Assembly (NCBI GenBank): GCA_044231675.1
Contig: CM094664.1
Location: forward strand, 14,296,162-14,360,161
Origin: Synchiropus picturatus
Taxonomy: Eukaryota
Reading direction: 5' to 3'
Length of the DNA stretch: 64,000 nt
Part shown: one piece after another, positions 58,393 through 64,000 of the stretch
Position numbering within the stretch: position 1 is the first letter of the stretch
How the letters are laid out: every line of letters begins with the position of its first letter
Notes under the pieces: generated by a model
Seen by the model: the letters and a program-made list of their open reading frames with translations, nothing else
What the model was told of the DNA's origin: nothing
Databases searched by the model: none
Program-made: the position numbers and the translations under genes

Positions 58393-61064
58393 TGATTCAC
58401 CCTCCGTCACACACAAGAATGTGCAGTGCAGAGTGAGTTGTCTTCTGACTCCACTTATGAGCTCACCTCATGAGTGTTTGGCTCTTAAGTGACCACTCGG
58501 GAACATTTGCTTGTCAGCAGCTTTGTTTTCAAGTCAGCCCGAGTGTTGGCACGACCAAGAAGGCTGTCACTGAAAACTTGATCCCCGAAGTGTCAGAATG
58601 ACCTCACGCAACTCAATTGTAGGTTTAAAAAAAAGAAAAATTAAAGATATAGTCAGAAAAAAATACTTAACTCACCAAGAAAAAGAAGAAAAATTATCTT
58701 AGTGCATAGTAAATGGAGACTTGAAGACATTTGTAATAGAATGTAAAAATGTGAGGTGTAATGAAAGGAAAAGAAGAAAAGGAATGGAGAAAAAGATTTG
58801 AATGAAGCTATTAGGAAATAATTGATGGGCAAAAATGAAAAAATGGTGGCCATTTTGGGTGTCTAACAAGGTCTTCGGATACATTCCTGAACATTGCACG
58901 GACTTCCTGAAAATGTTGTCATGTGACTAGAAAACAGTGGAGCACAGTGTCGTCCTCATTCTGTTTTTAAAAACAGTCTCCGGCAGCGGAGCGTGAATCA
59001 GTTGACATGAATTTAACATAAGTGGTTGTTGTGAGGCGGCTGGTGAAGCGGGACGCGGGTGAATAGAAACTAGATCCCTGCTGGACCACACCTTCAGTAG
59101 ATCCTGTGTTTCTCCATCTCCTCGCCGTCATGCTGTCACTCACGCTCGTGTGTCGTCGTCCTGTCTCACGACAAACGTCCATGGCTGCTACCTTTTTTTT
59201 TGGGAGAAGGGTCTAAAATCCCTGATATTCTCTACATGATTGACGGCGTCATCCTGCACCTCGTTCCCGTCCCCACCCTTGTCTTTGACACCGTTCATCC
59301 CTTCATTGTGTTCAAACCTGAAGTTCAACTCCAGCAGTCCCTCAAGTGCGGATACATTTACACATTGTCCAAGTGGTCATAATGATACAGCTGACTGGAG
59401 GAGTTTGAAAGGTGAAGAAGGATTCAGTGAATTTAACTAGAACAGCTTTTGGGCTGTGCAAGTTTGAGTCCTGAATGTGCCGCCGTTCACAAGTTAGACG
59501 GGATTAGTTGGGAATAATGGATGAATTAGCGTCATGTTTTTCAAGCTACAGGGCCGTCAACAATGCCCTTTGACTTTAAAGTCTGGATCAAAATGTAGCC
59601 TGGCTTCTTCTGCCTTACAAAATGACTGTTTTTCTGGCCTGGAAATTCAGTCCTCAGAAATAAAATTATTTGAAAACTAATTTTCTTAGTTTCAAGTAGC
59701 TATTAGCCTTTTTAGCTGTATGCTAACAGTGATATAGCACCTGTGCTCTTTTTTTAAAATTCCGACTTTAGCCGTCAACTTGTTAACTGGTGTAAGACAC
59801 CAGTTTTGTCAAGGAACAAGACAGTAACAAGTCCAAGGCCGTGGTGTTTTGACGCAATTTTTTCTTTGTTGATGACTTACTGATCTATTTAGTGGAAGAA
59901 AAATGAGTCCACCTCTCTGTGGCGCTGCTTCCCCCCCTCAACACCACATCAGTTAATCTCAGAAAGTCAAATATAGAATCAGATTTAAGATGAAATTCCC
60001 GCCACTCCAGCTGAGGCAGCGATGGCAGCGGCCATCCCTCTTCATTTTGCTCTTGTCCCACTGAGCCCCGCCCCCTTTTATCAATTAACCAGCGTGTGAC
60101 AGGCCGACATCCGTCATGTCGCCACCTCTCTTCAACCGATTCTCCAGCATGGAGATCTCTGTCAGCGAGGGCAGCGCAGGGTCGTGTTTCCACGACGACT
60201 GTCAACCTCTTACCCCCCCTCTGACTGAACGCCCTCTTTCATCACCATGGCAGCGGCGAGGTTCAGTTACCAAGGTGATGGGGAGAGTGCAGCGGGGAAT
60301 GTGAGACGGTGAGAGAGGAGGAGGAGGCCAAACAAGTTTAGTGAAAACACTGTAATCCAATATGGCTGCCTTTGTGCGCAAGCTATCGGCGGCTAAAGAT
60401 CACTTCTGGTGCGGCGTGATGATTAACCTCGGCCGAGATGTAAACACACACACTCGCACACACCTTCAGATCAGAGTTAATGTGTGTCAGTGGGTGGAGT
60501 CTGATCTTTGTGTCATTCTCTTTCTGGGAGGAAGGAACACAAATGAACGAAAAGCATTTTTCAGCTGGGAGATAATCATAATAATATAATAGCATTTTCT
60601 GATGAGTCAGCAAGAAGTGGAGTCGCTCAGACTCCTCACCACGTTTAACTTCTCAACTTCCTCCACCACTATTAAGTCTTCATAATATAAATGCTGCTTG
60701 CTCCATTTGTGAAACAGAAAGTGCTGTGACGTAGCTTGATGCGTTCTTCGGTGCCACATGACTTATTGTGACGTGTTTCTCTTCCAGATCCTGGCGTCCT
60801 GGTCACTCTCCTGTCTCCCTCTCCTCTTCCTGCTCCTCTCTTCGGCCTCCCCCGCTCTCCCCCTTCTCTCCCTCCCCCTCCGCGTCGGCCTCCAAGATAG
60901 ATTCCCTCAGGAGCAAAGTTGACCTGCTCAAGCTGCCGCTGCCGCTCTCGGGGAAGTCCATCTCCGAGCGCAAGAGTCAGCTGGGAGGCGTCGGGCGGCA
61001 GTGCGGCCCGGGCGGAGGAGGCGGAGGCGGGGCTCGTAAAGCCCGCTCACCCCCGACCCGAGAC

Positions 61065-61698
61065 ATGGACAACGAGTCGCAGTACTCGGGCTACTCCTAC
61101 AAGTCATCCCACTCCAGGAGTTCACGCAAACACAGGTAAACCCTGCGACCTGTCTTGTCTTCGCTTGAACTTCTGACTGGCTAGGATGTTAACTAGCAGA
61201 CCACCCAAAGCTGTGAAACTCCTGCTGTAGACTCCAGTGTCAACTTGTCGACGTGACGTGTTGCTGCCTGTCGCTGTGTTTGATGGAGCTTCCTCTCAGA
61301 CTGGATTATCTTATGTCAGCGCCTAATCTCTTGTCGGGAAAAGGTTTCAAACAGACTGTAACGTTTTCTACGGCAGAACCAGAAAGTTCTGCAGCAGATG
61401 CCTGCATGATATTTGTGTTGAACGTTGGCAACAAGGCAGAATGACTCTCTGACACACTCACACACACACACAATTATCTGCTCGCAGACACACACATAAT
61501 TATCTGCTCTCACACACACACATACACACACTCTCATGGTGGAGGTGCAGAGCTCGCTCAGACAAACACACAGACGTCTGGAAGTAATCATTGTGCTCTC
61601 AGTGGAGCAGTGACACAAACACACACTACCAGACTGATACACATGTATGACTACACATCATTGCAAAGCACCACTTCCCTTTGCCCCGGTTCGACGTT

Positions 61699-61731
<33 letters not shown>

Positions 61732-63910
61732 AACACGCACGGAGGCACGTAAACTGGAAGTAATTACAAACATACAGAGCGTTGCTGCACACACACACAT
61801 GATCTCACACACCGTTCCCCTCTCCGCCTGCATACAAATTAAAATGAGACAACAAGAGTCCCGACTCCGGCAGCCATGAAAAGTTTTTGATCTGAGAGAC
61901 ACAACGCTGTGGCGTGACGACGGTGCCTGTGTGTCATACAGGGAGCGGCGGGATCGGCATCGCTCGAAAAGCCGAGATGGAAGCAGCCGCGGAGACAAGT
62001 CGGTGACCATCCAGACCCCAGGAGAGCCGCTGCTGGACGCTGAGTCCACCCGAGGAGAGGAACGGGTCAGTTAACTGCATCTGTTCTGCAGGGGGCGCTC
62101 TAATGGATCGCTTTTGTTAATAGAAGAGCTATTGAGTCATTTTAGTTTGGCTTGAGAATGTCTTGGCTCGAGCTTTGTACGGTAACTCGTCCTTTTGCAA
62201 CAGGATGACAACTGGGGCGAGACCACCACCGTGGTCACGGGCACCTCGGAACACAGCATCTCCAATGAAGACCTGACCCGCCTCACCAAAGACCTGGAGG
62301 AGTCCACGCCGCTGGAGTGCAAGCGCTTCATCGGGCCGGCGTTGGGAGGCATCCTGAGCTTCTTCGCTCTGGTGACGCCGCTGGCCTTCCTCATCCTGCC
62401 GCAGGTCCTGTGGCGAGACTCCCTGGAGGCCTGCGGGACCCCCTGCGAGGGTCTGTACGTCTCTCTGGCCTTCAAGCTGCTGGTCCTGCTCATCTCCTCC
62501 TGGGCTCTGTTCCTGCGGCCACCACGGGCCACCCTGCCCCGCTTCTTCGTCTTCCGCTGCCTGCTCATGGTTCTGGTCTTCCTCTTCGTGGCCTCGTACT
62601 GGCTGTTCTATGGGGTCCGGGTGTTGGAGCCCCGCGAGCGAGACTACAGGGGCATTGTGGAGTATGCTGCATCGCTGGTGGACGCGCTGCTCTTCATCCA
62701 GTACCTGGCCCTGGTGCTGCTGGAGGTTCGACACCTGCAGCCCGCCTTCTGCCTCAAAGTGGTCCGCAGTACAGACGGCGCCAGCCGGTTCTACAACGTG
62801 GGCCATCTCAGGTGAGTTCCCCACATCTGTCAATAATATACAGGTCACAGGCTGACCTCTATACATGGGTCATTGCTTCCTCTCCAATTATGAGGGTCAT
62901 AACTCAAAGCTTTTTATTTGTATTCCAGTGTCCAGCGGGCTGCCGTCTGGGTTTTGGACCGATACTATAATGACTTTCCCGTGTACAACCCAGCGCTGGT
63001 CAACCTGCCCAAGTCCATCCTGTCCAAGAAGATGACGGGGTTCAAAGTTTACTCGCTGGATGGTAAGAAAACTGGTGATCATAATGACATAACTGAAAGT
63101 GTGACGTCAGAAAGCATCATGGCGGACCGACTCTGAGAAGTCGATTATTTTTAAAAAAAACATGAAATGGGAACTTTTAAAATTAGTACAGGAGCAAATA
63201 AGCTGAAACTGAAACTAATTTAAGTCGTGGCAACTTTTGAAAACAAACCGTCTGCCTTCCCCTTTGCCAACAGCGCCTCTTTGTGGTTTAGAAATATATT
63301 GCAGCATCATCTACGAGTCCTTTCGGGTCTATATTTATACCCTTCAGTTAGTTGAACAACAAAGGCTTGAATTGCTGTAATTATGTTCGTTTTTAAAGAT
63401 CAAACTTTAAGTCTAACTGGAGTCCTCACAAATCCTCCTGTTCTCTTTGCACAGAAAACACCACCAACAACTCCACCGGTCAGTCTCGGGCCATGATCGC
63501 CGCCGCTGCTCGCCGGAGAGACAACTCCCACAACGAGTTCTACTACGAGGAGGCTGAGATGGACCGCAGAGTCCGCAAGCGCAAGGCTCGGTACGCTTCG
63601 CTAACACGTTAGCATCTTGATGCCGCTCGGCTGCCTGATGACGGTGTGCCTGCTGTTGCTCTCCAGGCTGGTGGTGGCGGTGGAAGAAGCCTTCACGCAC
63701 ATCAAGCGTCTGCAGGAAGAAGAGATGACGTCGTCCCCCAAACACCCCAGAGAGGTGATGGATCCCCGAGAGGCAGCTCAGGCCATCTTCGCCCCGATGG
63801 CGCGGGCCATGCAGAAGTACCTGAGGACCACCCGGCAGCAGGCCTTCCACAGCATGGAGAGCATCCTGACGCACCTCCAGTTCTGCATCACCCACAACAT
63901 GACGCCCAAG
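61065..63910 (+). CDS. vangl2: vangl2 (VANGL planar cell polarity protein 2), first 6 coding exons; the gene continues past the window end
   Basis: [24 protein letters not shown] / [41 protein letters not shown] / [20 protein letters not shown]...four TM helices...[19 protein letters not shown] / [45 protein letters not shown] / [46 protein letters not shown] / [19 protein letters not shown]...[18 protein letters not shown] is about 90% identical to human VANGL2. The exons are: 61065-61135, 61942-62065, 62204-62811, 62929-63062, 63455-63590, 63667-63910. Confidence 0.9.
61455..61800. repeat. interrupted (CA)n-rich low-complexity tract in vangl2 intron 1, with a short tandem duplication
   Basis: cacacacacacaATTATCTGCTCgcagacacacacatAATTATCTGCTCtcacacacacacatacacacac ... 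ttcacacacacacacacacacacacacatacac. Confidence 0.8.
62204..62811 (+). CDS. vangl2: vangl2 exon 3 (four-TM core)
   Basis: Anchored by ORF 62195..62815. Encodes [72 protein letters not shown]...[16 protein letters not shown]. Confidence 0.9.
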
Positions 63911-64000
63911 GTACGTTTGGCCTCCTGAAGGAACTGATGTCATAGTTTAGAAAAGTGAGGAATGTCTGTTATTCAGTGTCAAAGGTCACAGATAGAGTAG

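Noticed and set aside
53200-61000. Expected NHLH1-like bHLH gene between ncstn and vangl2, by tetrapod synteny.
   Set aside because: No ORF of 60 aa or longer in this interval encodes a basic helix-loop-helix motif (RRRRATAKYR...ERIRVEAFN). The only notable feature is the CpG island at 55.0-55.6 kb.
62129-62970. ORFs of 143-245 aa on the minus strand, and a plus-frame ORF of 217 aa, overlapping vangl2 exon 3.
   Set aside because: They are antisense or alternative frames of a GC-rich, highly conserved VANGL2 exon with no independent homology.

Overview
This window is vertebrate nuclear DNA, almost certainly from a teleost fish. It is not a prokaryotic locus, so CRISPR arrays, operons and defence islands do not apply. 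There are eight protein-coding genes with spliced, GT-AG structures, each recognised by direct similarity of the translated exons to well-known vertebrate proteins. They are sdr39u1 (minus, ~349-2400), an ltb4r-like leukotriene-B4-receptor GPCR (minus, ~5838-7336), nfatc4 (plus, 13 coding exons, 12461-20996), a single-exon myadm-like MARVEL protein (minus, 26500-27381), pex19 (plus, 7 exons, 34092-36468), copa (plus, 30 coding exons, 38169-46921), ncstn/nicastrin (plus, 17 exons, 48061-53063) and the 5' two-thirds of vangl2 (plus, 61065 to the window end). The first three genes correspond to the human 14q11.2 neighbourhood and the last four to human 1q23, so the window spans a teleost-specific join of two synteny blocks. 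Non-genic content includes a degenerate hAT DNA-transposon remnant, a LINE reverse-transcriptase fragment, a tRNA/SINE-like B-box fragment, several microsatellites (one of them palindromic), GA-rich polypurine tracts and a CpG island with no assignable coding sequence. Exon coordinates were derived by hand using the ORF track as anchors and should be treated as +/-2 nt. I found no evidence of a novel multi-gene system.
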